Source: Macrostomum lignano (lineage: Eukaryota). From it: 64,000 nucleotides of DNA. Each line of letters begins with the position of its first letter. Position 1 is the stretch's first letter. The DNA is taken from NCBI GenBank assembly GCA_002269645.1, contig NIVC01001281.1, positions 256,859-320,858 on the forward strand, written 5' to 3'. Made by a program: the position numbers and the translations under genes. Positions 13,010-31,964 of this stretch are shown here, piece by piece. The notes beneath the pieces are model-generated. The model saw only the letters and a program-made list of their open reading frames with translations. It had not been told where the DNA came from and did not search any database.

Positions 13010-14040
13010 GCTGTAGCTCCAACTGCAACTGCAGTAGCACAGCCTGTGTCCACCATCCCTCTAGACCAACTGCAGTAGCACAGCCTGTGTCCACTGTCTC
13101 TAGGCTCCAACTGCAGTAGCACAGCCTGTGTCTACTGTCTCTAGACTCCAACTGCAGTAGCAAAGCCTGTGTTCACTGTCTCTAAACTCCAACTGCAGTA
13201 GCAAAGCCTGTGTCCACTGTCTCTAGACTCCAACTGCAGTAGCACAGCCTGTGTCTACTGTCTCTAGACTCTAACTGCAGTAGCAAAGCCTGTGTCCACT
13301 GTCTCTAGACTCTAACTGCAGTAGCAAAGCCTGTGTCCACTGTCTCTAGACTCCAACTGCAGTAGCAAAGCCTGTGTCCACTGTCTCTAGACTCCAAATG
13401 CAGTAGCACAGCCTGTGTCTACTGTCTCTAGACTCCAACTGCAGTAGCACAGCCTGTGTCCACTGTCTCTAGACTCCAACTGCAGTAGCAAAGCCTGTGT
13501 CCACTGTCTCTAGACTCCAACTGCAGTAGCAAAGCCAGTGTCCACTGTCTCTAGACTCCAACTGCAGTAGCACAGCCTGTGTCCACTGTCTCTAGACTCC
13601 AACTGCAGTAGCAAAGCCTGTGTCCACTGTCTCTAGACTCCAACTGCAGTAGCACAGCCTGTGTCCACTGTCTCTAGACTCCAACTGCAGTAGCAAAGCC
13701 TGTGTCCACTGTCTCTAGACTCCAACTGCAGTAGCAAAGCCAGTGTCCACTGTCTCTAGACTCCAACTGCAGTAGCACAGCCTGTGTCCACTGTCTCTAG
13801 ACTCCAACTGCAGTAGCAAAGCCTGTGTCCACTGTCTCTAGACTCCAACTGCAGTAGCACAGCCTGTGTCTACTGTCTCTAAACTCTAACTGCAGTAGCA
13901 AAGCCTGTGTCTACTGTCTCTAGACTCCAACTGCAGTAGCACAGCCTGTGTCTACTGTCTCTAGACTCCAACTGCAGTAGCAAAGCCTGTGTTCACTTTC
14001 TCTAGGCTCCAACTGCAGTAGCACAGCCTGTGTCCACCGT
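13010..14040. repeat. 41-bp minisatellite, about 25 copies, immediately upstream of the pirin acceptor and ATG
   Basis: Unit actgcagtagca(a/c)agcctgtgtccactgtctctagactcca. Confidence 0.95.
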
Positions 14041-14070
14041 CCCTCTCATGCTTTCAGCCTCCAGCGCCAG

Positions 14071-15564
14071 ATGTCGCGCCGCGTGTCCCAGAAATTGCCT
14101 GGCATCGAGCAGGACGAAGGCGTGGGCGCCCGGGTCCGCCGCAGCATCGGCAGGCCGGAGGTGGCCCGCCTGGACCCATTTCTGCTGCTAGACGAGTTCC
14201 GCGGCTCCGCGCCCGCCGGCTTTCCGGACCATCCGCACCGCGGCTTTGAGACCGTCACCTACGTGCTGGAGGGCGCCGTTCGCCACGAGGACTTCCTTGG
14301 CAACCAGGGCGTCATCAGGCCCGGCGACCTGCAGTGGATGACGGCCGGCAGGGGCATTGTGCACTGCGAGATGCCGCACGGGGAGGTCGAGTGCCGCGGC
14401 CTGCAGCTCTGGGTGAACTTGCCGAGGACTGACAAGATGTGCGAGCCGGCCTACCAGGTAAGGGGCTTCTGGGGTGCGGGATTCCTGGATTCCCTCCCAG
14501 TGTGGTTGCGGGAGTGAAGGATTCTCCCTTATCTGTCTGTGGGATTCCCCCTATCTTTGTGTGGGGTTCCCCCTTTTTCTGTGGGATTCCCCTTATCTGT
14601 GTGGGATTCCCCCTTATCTGTGTGGGGGATTCTCCCTTATCTGTGTTGGATTCCCCCTTTTTTGTCTGTGGGATTCCCCCTTATTGATCTGTGGGATTCC
14701 CGTTATCTGTGCGTGGGATTGCCCCTTTATCTGTCTGTGGGAATCCCCCCTTATCTGTCTGTGGGATTTCTAGATTCCTCTCATATACTAGCATTGGCAA
14801 ATTAATTATTAAACTTACAAATTTTCTCCTTCAATCCTCATATTTGCGTATCATTCATGGCCTGTCCCGCGCAGGACCTTCGCTCCTCCGACATCCCCAG
14901 CCGCAGTCAGGGCGGCGTCACCGTCCGCGTCATCGCCGGCGAGTCACTGGGTGCCAAGTCGCCCGTGTTCACCCGCACCCCCACCCTGTATCTGGACGTC
15001 ACAGTGCAACCGGGTGAGCGGCGGGGGATGTCCTACACGGGCTACTCATGCAGCTGACAGCAGTAGGCTGATGCGGATATTCCATACTGGCTACTCATGC
15101 ACTCTGACAGCAGTTAGAGTAGGCTAGGCAGGATAAACAGTAGTAAGCGTGTGATAAAGTGAAATAACCTTCAACACTCCCTCCCCGGTTCGCTGGCAGG
15201 CGCCAAGGAGTTCACGCAGCCGGTGCCGCAGGACTGGAACGCATTCATATTCGTGCTGAGCGGCCGGGCCGAGTTCGGCAGCAGCGGGGCCGGGGGCGTC
15301 ATCGGCGAGGCGCACGAGACCCTGCTGCTGGACCGCTCCGGCCCGGCTGTGCGGGTGGCCCCCGTAACCGGGGCCGCCGCTGCCTGTCGCTTCGTGTTGA
15401 TCGCCGGCCGGCCGCTCGGCGAGCCTGTGGAGCAGTGGGGCCCCTTCGTCATGTGCAGCAAGGCCGAGCTGCTCCAGGCCAAGGAGGACTATCGGAATGG
15501 CCGCAACGGCTTCGAGCGGGCGCCCGGTTGGGCTTCTTTTGTCGTGCGGGAGCAGGCCGACTGA
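14071..15564 (+). CDS. PIR: Pirin (iron-binding bicupin), 3 exons, 296 aa
   Basis: Exons 14071-14457, 14875-15013 and 15200-15564 with phases 0 and 1, 891 nt in total. Motifs LDPFLLLDEF, FPDHPHRGFETVTY, WMTAGRGIVHCEMP (His/His/His/Glu iron ligands), LQLWVNLP and GPFVM. Confidence 0.97.
14500..14770. repeat. Degenerate repeat of about 20 bp in pirin intron 1
   Basis: Recurrent ggattccccttatctgtgtg-like unit. Confidence 0.8.
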
Positions 15565-15596
15565 GTCTTGGATTTGGGCTCGTGCATCCTTGATTT

Positions 15597-16020
15597 TCTG
15601 ATCCCCTACCCCTAATGTACACCCTCACCAGCTGATCCCCTACCCCCAATGTACACTCTCACCAGATGATCCCCTACCCCTAATGTACACCCTCACCAGC
15701 TGATCCCCTACCCCTAATGTACACCCTCACCAGCTGATCCCCTACCCCTAATGTACACCCTCACCAGCTGATCCCCTACCCCCAATGTACACTCTCACCG
15801 GCTGATCCCTACCCCCAATGTACACCCTCACCAGCTGATCCCCTACCCCCAATGTACACTCTCCCTAACCTATCCCTACCCCAAATGTACACTCCCTAAC
15901 CTATCCCTACCCCCAATGTACACTCTCCCCAACCGATCCCTACCCCCAATGTACACTCTCCCTAACCGATCCCTACTCCCAATGTACACTCTCCCCCCAT
16001 CTGATCCCTACCCCAATGTA
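15597..16020. repeat. 34-bp minisatellite downstream of the pirin stop, about 12 copies
   Basis: Unit ctgatcccctacccctaatgtacaccctcaccag. Confidence 0.9.
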
Positions 16021-16426
16021 CGCTCTTCAAAACTCCCCATCCTCCAGTTTACCCTATAGAGTACTGTGTTATCAATGCGTTTGTATGACTCACAAGGGTT
16101 TTATAAGTTAGCCGACTCTGTTGTGGAATATTCCTGTTTGATTCAAAAATATTTTTTCTATCTAAAGTTTTGTAATGCAAAATTGTGCTTAGCTTTCCAA
16201 AACCGTGGCAGATCTCTCGATAATTTTTGACATCGCTTTTACATGACTCTAGTTTTGCAGCGACATGTTTATGTAGAAATATTTTTGTTGAAATATACTT
16301 AATTATAAAGGTGTGTTCTAAATTCTTCTTCTTCTATATTCGTCATTAATTTGCTTATTATTTGCATGAGTTAGTAAAACAGTAATATTTTAATAGATAT
16401 TCAAAACATTGTTTTTTCCTATCATA

Positions 16427-17438
16427 GATTGCTAATCTAGCCTATCATGGGTGCAGGAATAGAATGGATTGCTAATCTAGCCTATCATGGATGCAGGAAT
16501 AGAATGGATTGCTAATCTAGCCTATCATGGATGCAGGAATAGAATGGATTGCTAATCTAGCCTATCATGGGTGCAGGAATAGAATGGATTGCTAATCTAG
16601 CCTATTATGGGTGCAGGAATAGAATGGATTGCTAATCTAGCCTATCATGGATGCAGGAATGGAATGGATTGCTAATCTAGCCTATCATGGGTGCAGGAAT
16701 AGAATGGATTGCTAATCTAGCCTATCATGGGTGCAGGAATAGAATGGATTGCTAATCTAGCCTATTATGGGTGCAGGAATAGAATGGATTGCTAATCTAG
16801 CCTATCATGGATGCAGGAATGGAATGGATTGCTAATCTAGCCTATCATGGGTGCAGGAGTAGAATGGATTGCTAATCTAGCCTATCATGGGTGCAGGAAT
16901 AGAATGGATTGCTAATCTAGCCTATCATGGGTGCAGGAATAGAATGGATTGCTAATCTAGCCTATCATGGATGCAGGAATGGAATGGATTGCTAATCTAG
17001 CCTATCATGGGTGCAGGAATAGAATGGATTGCTAATCTAGCCTATCATGGATGCAGGAATAGAATGGATTGCTAATCTAGCCTATCATGGGTGCAGGAAT
17101 AGAATGGATTGCTAATCTAGCCTATCATGGGTGCAGGAATAGAATGGATTGCTAATCTAGCCTATCATGGATGCAGGAATAGAATGGATTGCTAATCTAG
17201 CCTATCATGGGTGCAGGAATAGAGTGGATTGCTAATCTAGCCTATCATGGGTGCAGGAATAGAATGGATTGCTAATCTAGCCTATCACGGATGCAGGAAT
17301 AGAATGGATTGCTAATCTAGCCTATCATGGGTGCAGGAATAGAATGGATTGCTAATCTAGCCTATCATGGGTGCAGGAATAGAATGGATTGCTAATCTAG
17401 CCTATCACGGATGCAGGAATAGAATGGATTGCTAATCT
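16427..17438. repeat. 40-bp minisatellite array 1, about 25 copies
   Basis: Unit gattgctaatctagcctatcatgg(g/a)tgcaggaatagaatg. It ends about 22 nt before the GNPNAT1 acceptor. Confidence 0.96.
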
Positions 17439-17439
17439 A

Positions 17440-20342
<2,903 letters not shown>

Positions 20343-21109
20343 CCGCTGCGACCTGTCTGGGCGATTCTTCCAAGGACGGCTTTGTCTGTCTGTGCAGATC
20401 GGCATGTACATTCTGCGCTTTGGGGGTTGGCCTCATGGGCTTGGAATCGCCGCAATGCACAAGGCCAATGTCTATTTATTGATTAGTTAAGCAGGCTATT
20501 GTTTAAACTTTCTAAATTTATATTATATAAAATTGCTTGAATTTTTGGTTTCCTTGGTTGTTAGCGGATTTATTGACACCTGCTTTAGCATTCTTCAGCA
20601 TGTCACACCCCCTCTGCTTACTCGGAGACGGTCCATGAGTACCCCTGATACCTGCGTGTGTCATCGCGAGTTGTCACACGCGTGCCTTCGCCAGCTGTGA
20701 TACCGAATCTCACCGAGTCTGTCGCGCCATCACACTTGAGCTGCGCCTGACCGACCGACACTGATTGATTTGTAATTTGGTAGCTTGCCTGTCCCCACCT
20801 CCATGGCTTTTAACTGTATCTTTGTTTCTTTTTATTTCATTGAGTTTTTCTACTTTCTTTGCGCAGGCCAAACTGGTAATCAAGACTGGGACGCAGATTT
20901 CTTAGCTTAGTTTTGCTTATTTCAGATTTTACTTTTGTACTTATTGATGTCCTTTATGATGCTGCTTTGTTCAAATATTTTGGTCTGGATTGGATGGTTT
21001 GGAACAATAATACATCTGGTAGCTGGCGTTTAACTACGGATGTCTGTGTCTCATGTGTTTGATTTATTTTTAGCTGCTATGATTCCATAAGCCACTAAGA
21101 TGGATTATG

Positions 21110-21907
21110 GAATCTAGCCTATCATGGATGCAGGAGTAGAATGGATCGCTAATCTAGCCTATCATGGATGCAGGAGTAGAATGGATCGCTAATCTAGCCT
21201 ATCATGGATGCAGGAATAGAATGGATTGCTAATCTAGCCTATCATGGATGCAGGAATAGAATGGATTGCTAATCTAGCCTATCATGGGTGCAGGAGTAGA
21301 ATGGATCGCTAATCTAGCCTATCATGGGTGCAGGAATAGAATGGATTGCTAATCTAGCCTATCATGGGTGCAGGAATAGAATGGATCGCTAATCTAGCCT
21401 ATCATGGATGCAGGAATAGAATGGATCTCTAATCTAGCCTATCATGGATGCAGGAGTAGAATGGATCGCTAATCTAGCCTATCATGGATGCAGGAATAGA
21501 ATGGATTGCTAATCTAGCCTATCATGGGTGCAGGAATAGAATGGATTGCTAATCTAGCCTATCGTAGGTGCAGGAATAGAATGGATTGCTAATCTAGCCT
21601 ATCATGGGTGCAGGAATAGAATGGATTGCTAATCTAGCCTATCATGGGTGCAGGAATAGAATGGATTGCTAATCTAGCCTATCATAGGTGCAGGAATAGA
21701 ATGGATTGCTAATCTAGCCTATCATGGGTGCAGGAATAGAATGGATTGCTAATCTAGCCTATCATGGGTGCAGGAATAGAATGGATTGCTAATCTAGCCT
21801 ATCATGGGTGCAGGAATAGAATGGATTGCTAATCTAGCCTATCATGGGTGCAGGAATAGAATGGATTGCTAATCTAGCCTATCATGGGTGCAGGAATAGA
21901 ATGGATT
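21110..21907. repeat. 40-bp minisatellite array 2, about 20 copies, same unit and orientation as 16427-17438
   Basis: Unit gattgctaatctagcctatcatgggtgcaggaatagaatg. Confidence 0.96.
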
Positions 21908-22136
21908 GAATAGAAATAGTTAATATATATAATATAAGCAATCTGCAGGGTTTCCCACTGCACAGGTTTTCAGATGCTGCGGAATCTTAGCGCAGTAACC
22001 GGAGATGCTCATTTTTGTTGGGTCCTCAATTAATAATTCAGCAGCCACACGGGCTGTCTGCTGCTAGAAGCCTGCATTTCTGGTTCAGCTTCTTTTTGCT
22101 AATTTCTCAAGGCTCGGTGCCAAAAAGATTGCTTAG

Positions 22137-23150
<1,014 letters not shown>

Positions 23151-23277
23151 CTGGAGTCCTTTTTCTCTTATTATTAAAAAAGATACATCCTGTTTTGCAG
23201 TCAGCATTCCTCCCATTTCGATACATTTACTCTTAGCTATTCATTGTGTTTAGGATGTGCGGATTTCTGATTTTGCC

Positions 23278-23283
23278 AATAAA
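23278..23283 (+). promoter_or_regulatory. Likely polyadenylation signal for DTD2
   Basis: AATAAA about 560 nt after the DTD2 stop and about 650 nt before the RDH acceptor. Confidence 0.5.
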
Positions 23284-23354
23284 CTCGCCATGATTTGATC
23301 TTTTATTGTATTTTGAAGTTTTTGTTCTTTTACCGACTAACTGATTTCATACTG

Positions 23355-23842
23355 CATGTCACTCTATCACTCTGCATGTCACTCTGTTACTCTCCATGTC
23401 ACTCTATCACTCTGCATGTCACTCTATCACTCTGCATGTCACTCTGTTGCTCTCCATGTCACTCTATCACTCTGCATGTCACTCTATCACTCTGCATGTC
23501 ACTTTATCACTCTGCATGTCACTCAATCACTCTAAATATCACTCTATTCTTCTGCATGTTACTCTGTCACTCTACATGTCACTCTATCACTCTCCATGTC
23601 ACTCTATCACTCTACTTATCACTCTGTCACTCTGCATGTCACTCTGTCACTCTACATGTCACTCTATCACTCTCCATGTCACTCTATCACTCTACTTATC
23701 ACTCTGTCACTCTGCATGTCACTCTCACTCTACATGTCACTCTGTCACTCTTCATGTCACTCTGTCACTCTTCATATCACTCTGTCACTCTTCGTGTCAC
23801 TCTGTCACTCTAAATGTCACTCTATCACTCTGCATGTCACAC
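23355..23842. repeat. 20-bp minisatellite between DTD2 and the SDR gene
   Basis: Unit catgtcactct(a/g)tcactctg. Confidence 0.92.
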
Positions 23843-23979
23843 CAGAAGTGCCCACGCTGGCCTTCCTCATTCATGCCAGAGATTCGGGCCGCCACCTCTT
23901 GCTGCTGCCCTGGGCTGTTCTGAGGCCTTCCTTCTCAGCTGTTGACTTTGTTGAACTCCGCGACCGAGACCGCCCGGAC

Positions 23980-26223
<2,244 letters not shown>

Positions 26224-26491
26224 CTGCATTTAACAGCCTGTCCCGTTGCCATGGCAACCAGTCCCGCCCCCCCCCCTAGATAGTGTAAGCGAATCTTGCG
26301 CATTGCAGCCAATTGAAATAGAAATACGCGAGTTTTATCAACTGCTTTGATAGGCTGATTTATTTGTTTTAGTGTTAGACTTGACTATTGCAAATGGTAA
26401 CTGACTGGCGGCTTTTGGCTGTCTATGATTCTATCTGTCTTCTTTTTTCTGCCCGAATCGAATTTTGCCTGTCACGTGCACCTGATCTGGC

Positions 26492-26705
26492 TCATCAGTT
26501 TACTGAGGCCTTGGCAACTGCAGTGAGCTTGAGTCATCAGTTTACTGAGGCCTTGGCAACTGCAGTGAGCTTGAGTCATCAGTTTACTGAGGCCTTGGCA
26601 ACTGCAGTGAGCTTGAGTCATCAGTTTACTGAGGCCTTGGCAACTGCAGTGAGCTTGAGTCATCAGTTTACTGAGGCCTTGGCAACTGCAGTGAGCTTGA
26701 GTCAG
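26492..26705. repeat. 42-bp minisatellite, 5 copies
   Basis: Unit catcagtttactgaggccttggcaactgcagtgagcttgagt. Confidence 0.92.
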
Positions 26706-26858
26706 CTACGCAGAAATTGAAATGAGCAAGCTCCAAGACAATAGACATTATTCGGCAACTTAGAAAACAAGGCAAGATTTGCGCATAAAGTACTTTATTG
26801 AATCCAGCTGGCCTTCGAACAAACTGACAAAGGATTTGTCAAGTAAAGCCAATAGTTC

Positions 26859-27330
26859 TCAGTAGCACTGGCCGTACCGGTTGGAGGCATTGATGGGCAG
26901 GCAGTAGCCCGAGCAGCACTGCCTGAAGCTCACGCACAGGTGGCCTTTGGCCAGGCAGGCCGCCTCCGCTACCGAGCTCTGCCCTGCCAGCACTGCAGGG
27001 GCGGGTTGGGAATGGCGGTTACTGCTGCATCTGAGCCCTCACTGACAGTCTCTGCACTCCATCTGAGCCCTCACTGGCAGTCCCTGCACTGCATCTGAGC
27101 CCTCACTGACAGTCCCTGCACTGCATCTGAGCCCTCACTGACAGTCCCTGCACTGCATCTGAGCCCTCACTGACAGTCCCTGCACTGCATCTGAGCCCTC
27201 ACTGACAGTCACTGCTGCCTCCGGAGCTGCCCCTGGACCAGGCCATCTCAGTCAGCATAGGAAGTGACTCACCGTAGAGCAGAGTAACTATGAGCAGCAA
27301 AAGCAAAGTCTGCAACCGAGGTTGAGCCAT
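26859..27330 (-). CDS. Secreted inhibitor-cystine-knot peptide A, 2 exons, 63 aa
   Basis: Exons 27330-27273 and 26992-26859 joined in phase 1 give MAQPRLQTLLLLLIVTLLYVLAGQSSVAEAACLAKGHLCVSFRQCCSGYCLPINASNRYGQCY. Spacing C-x6-C-x5-CC-x3-C-x11-C. Minus-strand AATAAA at 26794-26799. Absent from the ORF track. Confidence 0.88.
27022..27215. repeat. 32-bp minisatellite in the knottin A intron, about 6 copies
   Basis: Unit catctgagccctcactgacagtccctgcactg. Confidence 0.9.
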
Positions 27331-27540
27331 GGGTGAAGCTGTGCCGATCCAAGTCTTCGGTCCGGTGTTGGGGCAATTGTTACTGAAGTAGCAAGGGAGG
27401 GTGTATTGAGCTCAATACGTCCGCAGACCTCATGCAAACGTCTATGGCCCAGACCTAAATGCATTCCTGTGTAAAATGTAGTTCAAGTTTGAATATCAGC
27501 TTCGAGTTTGGTCAAGTGTCTGCTCAGAACAGCTGCCAAA

Positions 27541-27797
27541 ATGGTTTCCCATTTGAGCACAGTTATTATTGTGCTCGCAATGATTCTGTTTTTCGGTGAG
27601 TCAGTTAATTTGTGCATTGTGAATTTTCTGCATACGTGACGGCTGTTGGAGCTTCCCAGTGCTCTTCTCCATTAGGCTACGACGCGGTAAACAACTGCTG
27701 GCTGGTCGGTGAGCACTGCTCGGATGGCAACCAGTGCTGCTCACACCAGTGCTACTCAAGCAATGACAGGTTCGGTCCTCTCGGACTCTGCCTCTGA
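27541..27797 (+). CDS. Secreted inhibitor-cystine-knot peptide B, 2 exons, 58 aa
   Basis: Exons 27541-27595 and 27676-27797 with an 80-bp phase-1 intron give MVSHLSTVIIVLAMILFFGYDAVNNCWLVGEHCSDGNQCCSHQCYSSNDRFGPLGLCL. Spacing C-x6-C-x5-CC-x3-C-x12-C. AATAAA at 27849 and 27875. Confidence 0.88.
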
Positions 27798-28149
27798 GTT
27801 GGTAGTACAGCCTGTGCTCACTTTTCACAATGCGATTTTTACTTAGCAAATAAACCTAAAGGTACTTATTTTTCAATAAACATTTATTCAGATACTCTTT
27901 AGTCTTATCCATGCCACGTTTTGCTCAATATTTCGCTTTGATCCATGGTCTTCGCCAGCTAGACACTGATTGCTAATTTATCAATTCTGGGAGTGCAGGT
28001 GACAATGTGCTATTGTTGAGTCATCAGGGGTCTGTGATGTGAATACGGATGTCAGGGTGGGCTACAGTTGAGTCAGCAGGTGTCAGGGCTACTGATGAGT
28101 CAGCAGATGTCAGGGTGGGCTGTCGTTGCGACAGCAGGTGTCAGAGTGT

Positions 28150-28615
28150 GCTATTGTTGAGTCTGAGAGTGCAGGTGTCAGCTAGGGTGGGCTATTGTTG
28201 AGTCTGAGAGTGCAGGTGTCAGCTAGGGTGGGCTATTGTTGAGTCTGAGAGTGCAGGTGTCAGCTAGGGTGGGCTATTGTTGAGTCTGAGAGTGCAGGTG
28301 TCAGCTAGGGTGGGCTATTGTTGAGTCTGAGAGTGCAGGTGTCAGCTAGGGTGGGCTATTGTTGAGTCTGAGAGTGCAGGTGTCAGCTAGGGTGGGCTAT
28401 TGTTGAGTCTGAGAGTGCAGGTGTCAGCTAGGGTGGGCTATTGTTGAGTCTGAGAGTGCAGGTGTCAGCTAGGGTGGGCTATTGTTGAGTCTGAGAGTGC
28501 AGGTGTCAGCTAGGGTGGGCTATTGTTGAGTCTGAGAGTGCAGGTGTCAGCTAGGGTGGGCTATTGTTGAGTCTGAGAGTGCAGGTGTCAGCTAGGGTGG
28601 GCTACTGTTGAGTCA
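28150..28615. repeat. 41-bp minisatellite, about 11 copies
   Basis: Unit gggtgggctattgttgagtctgagagtgcaggtgtcagcta. Confidence 0.93.
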
Positions 28616-29499
28616 GCAGGGGGTCTTCAGTTAGAAGCCGGAATTCATGCAGTTAGAAAGAAATTCAGACCGCAGCACTGCATGAGCCCTCGAGTTATCT
28701 TGAGTAGATAAGGTACTTAATTGAGGCTTCTTTAGTACGTGAAGTCACTCCCTGATGCTCAAAAATACCAACATTAGTTCTGGTCTTGCATTGTCACCTG
28801 CACGGCACTTGTGGGAGGCAATTTCAAGCAAATTGAGGCAGCTCAGCACCCATAGCCTGGGGGTCCGTATTCTAGTTATAGCTATTCACCTTTCACAACT
28901 GAGCAAATAAGGAGCTCGGGGCTGACTCAACAGCAGACCGGGAATTGGTGGCTGCAGAGCCTCGGGGCTGATCTGCGAATCTGAAAATTCTAGTGAGGAA
29001 AGCTCTGAGTTTGATGGCTTTGATATCAAGAAGTACTTTATTTGGCGAGGGGTTTGGGAGCTTGGGATATCATCAGATTTCTACCCTAAAATTGAGTAGC
29101 GCACGTTTCGAAACTGCCAGGTGTCCGGGTTTAATCTCTGGTGTCCCTGAGCGGTTGTACGATCGCTACATCTGGCATTGAGCTGATGGTTCATGTGGAA
29201 AATGATATCCATAAAATATGCATTAGCTGTGGCCCAATTTTATGAGTTCAGTGCCAAGTAAATTGAAAACTGGGGGGGGCGGCAGAGCTCGGAGCTTGCA
29301 GTTTCCTGTTGACCTCAGCTTGTAAATTCGGCTTCATTTTACAACCTGGCCGAGTCTGAGCTGCCAGGTATGAAAATCAAATTAGCACCGATCAGCGTAC
29401 AAGTAGAGACTGTAGAGCGCAACCAGAACTGCTCCAGGAGTGTTCGCTCTGTGGCGTCCTTTGCCGTCAGTTGAAATCTGTCCAAACTACCCCGAGGAG

Positions 29500-30515
29500 T
29501 CCCTGCTGTTCTCTTGACTGATTCGGGGGAATCCCTGCTGTTCTCTTGACTGATCCGGGGGAATCCCTGCTGGTTCTCTTGACTGATCCGGGGGAATCCC
29601 TGCTGGTTCTCTTGACCGATCCAGGGGAATCCCTGCTGGTTCTCTTGACTGATCCGGGGGAATCCCTGCTGGTTCTCTTGACTGATCCGGGGGAATCCCT
29701 GCTGGTTCTCTTGACCGATCCAGGGGAATCCCTGCTGTTCTCTTGACCGATCCGGGGGAATCCCTGCTGTTCTCTTGACCGATCCGGGAGAATCTCTGCT
29801 GTTCTCTTTACCAATCTGGAGGAATCCCTGCTGTTCTCTTGACTGATCCGGGGGAATCACTGCTGTTCTCTTTACCAATCTGGGGGAATCCCTGCTGGTT
29901 CTCTTGACTGATCCGGGGGAATCCCTGCTGTTCTCTTTACCAATCTGGGGGAATCCCTGCTGGTTCTCTTGACTGATCCGTGGGAATCCCTGCTGTTCTC
30001 TTTACCAATCCGGGGGAATCCCTGCTGATTCTCTTAACTGATCCCGGGGGAATCCCTGCTGGTTCTCTTGACTGATCCGGGGGAATCCCTGCTGGTTCTC
30101 TTGACTGATCCGGGAGAATCCCTGCTGGTTCTCTTGACCGATCCGGGGGAATCCCTGCTGGTTCTCTTGACTGATCCCGGGAGAATCCCTGCTGGTTCTC
30201 TTGACTGATCCGGGAAAATCCCTGCTGTTCTCTTGACTGATCCGGGGGAATCCCTGCTGTTCTCTTGACTGATCCGGGGGAATCCCTGCTGTTCTCTTGA
30301 CTGATCCGGGGGAATCCCTGCTGTTCTCTTGACTGATCCGGGGAATCCCTGCTGTTCTCTTGACTGGGAATCCCTGCTGTTCTCTTGACTGGGAATCCCT
30401 GCTGTTCTCTTGACTGGGAATCCCTGCTGTTCTCTTGACTGATCCGGGGGAATCCCTGCTGTTCTCTTGACTGATCCGGGGGAATCCCTGCTGTTCTCTT
30501 GACTAATCCGGGGGA
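29500..30515. repeat. Minisatellite of about 30-33 bp, 1 kb long
   Basis: Unit gatccgggggaatccctgctg(g)ttctcttgact with length variants. Confidence 0.93.
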
Positions 30516-30620
30516 ATTGAGAGACGAAAATACAAAAAATGTTTCAGTAGAGAACAGAAAAACCAACGCCAGTTACTTTTTATTACAACACAGTTTGATC
30601 CAAGCGCACAGATCCGAGTG

Positions 30621-30844
30621 TCACAGGCGATTATCGTCCGGCATTTCGTGAATTCCCCGCTTGCTGGCCCTGGTCGGGAGTCTCGAACATCCATCGGACA
30701 CGGCGAAAGCTGTGGGTGCGCCGGAGGACGCTGTGAACTTGCCATTTAGAATTCTATTCAGTTTATCAGCTTTGTGAGCTCACCCACGAGCAGCAGGACC
30801 AGCGCGATGACAGCAAGGAGGCCTGGCCAGTGCTGAGCAGCCAT
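30621..30844 (-). CDS. Candidate small secreted peptide, 2 exons, 49-56 aa
   Basis: Signal-peptide-like exon 30844-30784 (MAAQHWPGLLAVIALVLLLV) with a GTGAG phase-1 donor. An acceptor at 30731 or 30710 gives ...AFAVSDGCSRLPTRASKRGIHEMPDDNRL*. Minus-strand AATAAA at 30579-30584. No family recognised. Confidence 0.55.
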
Positions 30845-31034
30845 GGGTCTGCGGCTTTGGAGAGATTGAAGTTGGCAAGTTAACCCAGTTCGAACTGCTT
30901 ATAACCCTGCTAATCATGGCATTCTGCCGCCTGCATCGGGTCTGTTATGGAATTCCCATGGGCTCTCCTGGCCATAGACAGTTCGCTCACTTCCTTCTCA
31001 GAGTTCTCAGGATTTGTGTTCGATTATGTCATTA

Positions 31035-31130
31035 ACCAGTCAGTGATGATGTCAGTGACCAGTCAGTGATGATGTCAGTGACCAGTCAGTGATGATGTCA
31101 GAGACCAGTCAGTGATGATGTCAGAGACCA
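31035..31130. repeat. 23-bp repeat, about 4 copies
   Basis: Unit accagtcagtgatgatgtcagtg. Confidence 0.85.
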
Positions 31131-31964
31131 GTTCACTCTGTTTGTCTCTCGGGAGTTATCTGCAGCTGCTGTTTGCAGTCTCCAAGCGGCTTCAGCCATC
31201 ATAAATAAAGTGCATCAAGAGTCCGGCCGAGCGCTGCTGTGTGGGGAGCACCCGACTGCAGGGTAAAATTGGGTAAAAAGTTATCTAAGAAAATCTTGCA
31301 GTCGGCAATCAGCCGCCCCCCCCCTGGCAATCTGGGCTGATTGAATTTCTGTAACAAGATTTGGCACCGCTGGATGATGAGGCAGGGGAGAGGGGAGCCA
31401 GCCGGACTCATTAGCTCGAGCTGCTGAGCTTTGAATATTCGTGAGCAGGGCGGGCCATCAAGGCTGAGCTGCATGGTCCCAGCTCAGGGAGTTGCAGCGA
31501 GAGACTTCCCCGTTGGAAATGAGTGGCAGTCTCAGCCAGTTCTCCCTATTGGTCACAGGTGCCGGCGGGGGGGTCCGGCCCGCGGATTCGAACCGCGCAC
31601 GGCCGATCGCAGGGGGTTTCAGCTACTCGAATCGCTCAAGTGCGAGGCCCCCGAGAGGCAGGGCGGGCACTGAAGTGACAGGCAATCAGGGCGGGGATTC
31701 GGTCTTATCGGTGTCCCTGCAGACTGGCAGGGGGTTGCGGCCGGGAGAAATTCGGAAGAAATTGAGGAGAGGCCAGGAAATTTCGGGAACAGGCGGGGCG
31801 TGGAGAGGCGAAACTCGATCCAGAGCGCGGGAGAAATATCCCAGCTAAGCCGGTGGGGAGCCGCAATTGTGGTGCACGGGAATGAGAAATTGAGACGCAT
31901 TAAAGTGGAATCCGCCGGCTGAGCAGCTGCGGCTGGGAGATTGCCGCTGTTCTTGGCAACAACA

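Noticed and set aside
28620-29490. Exon-like GT/AG-bounded segments on both strands
   Set aside because: No consistent start-to-stop model or recognisable protein could be built.
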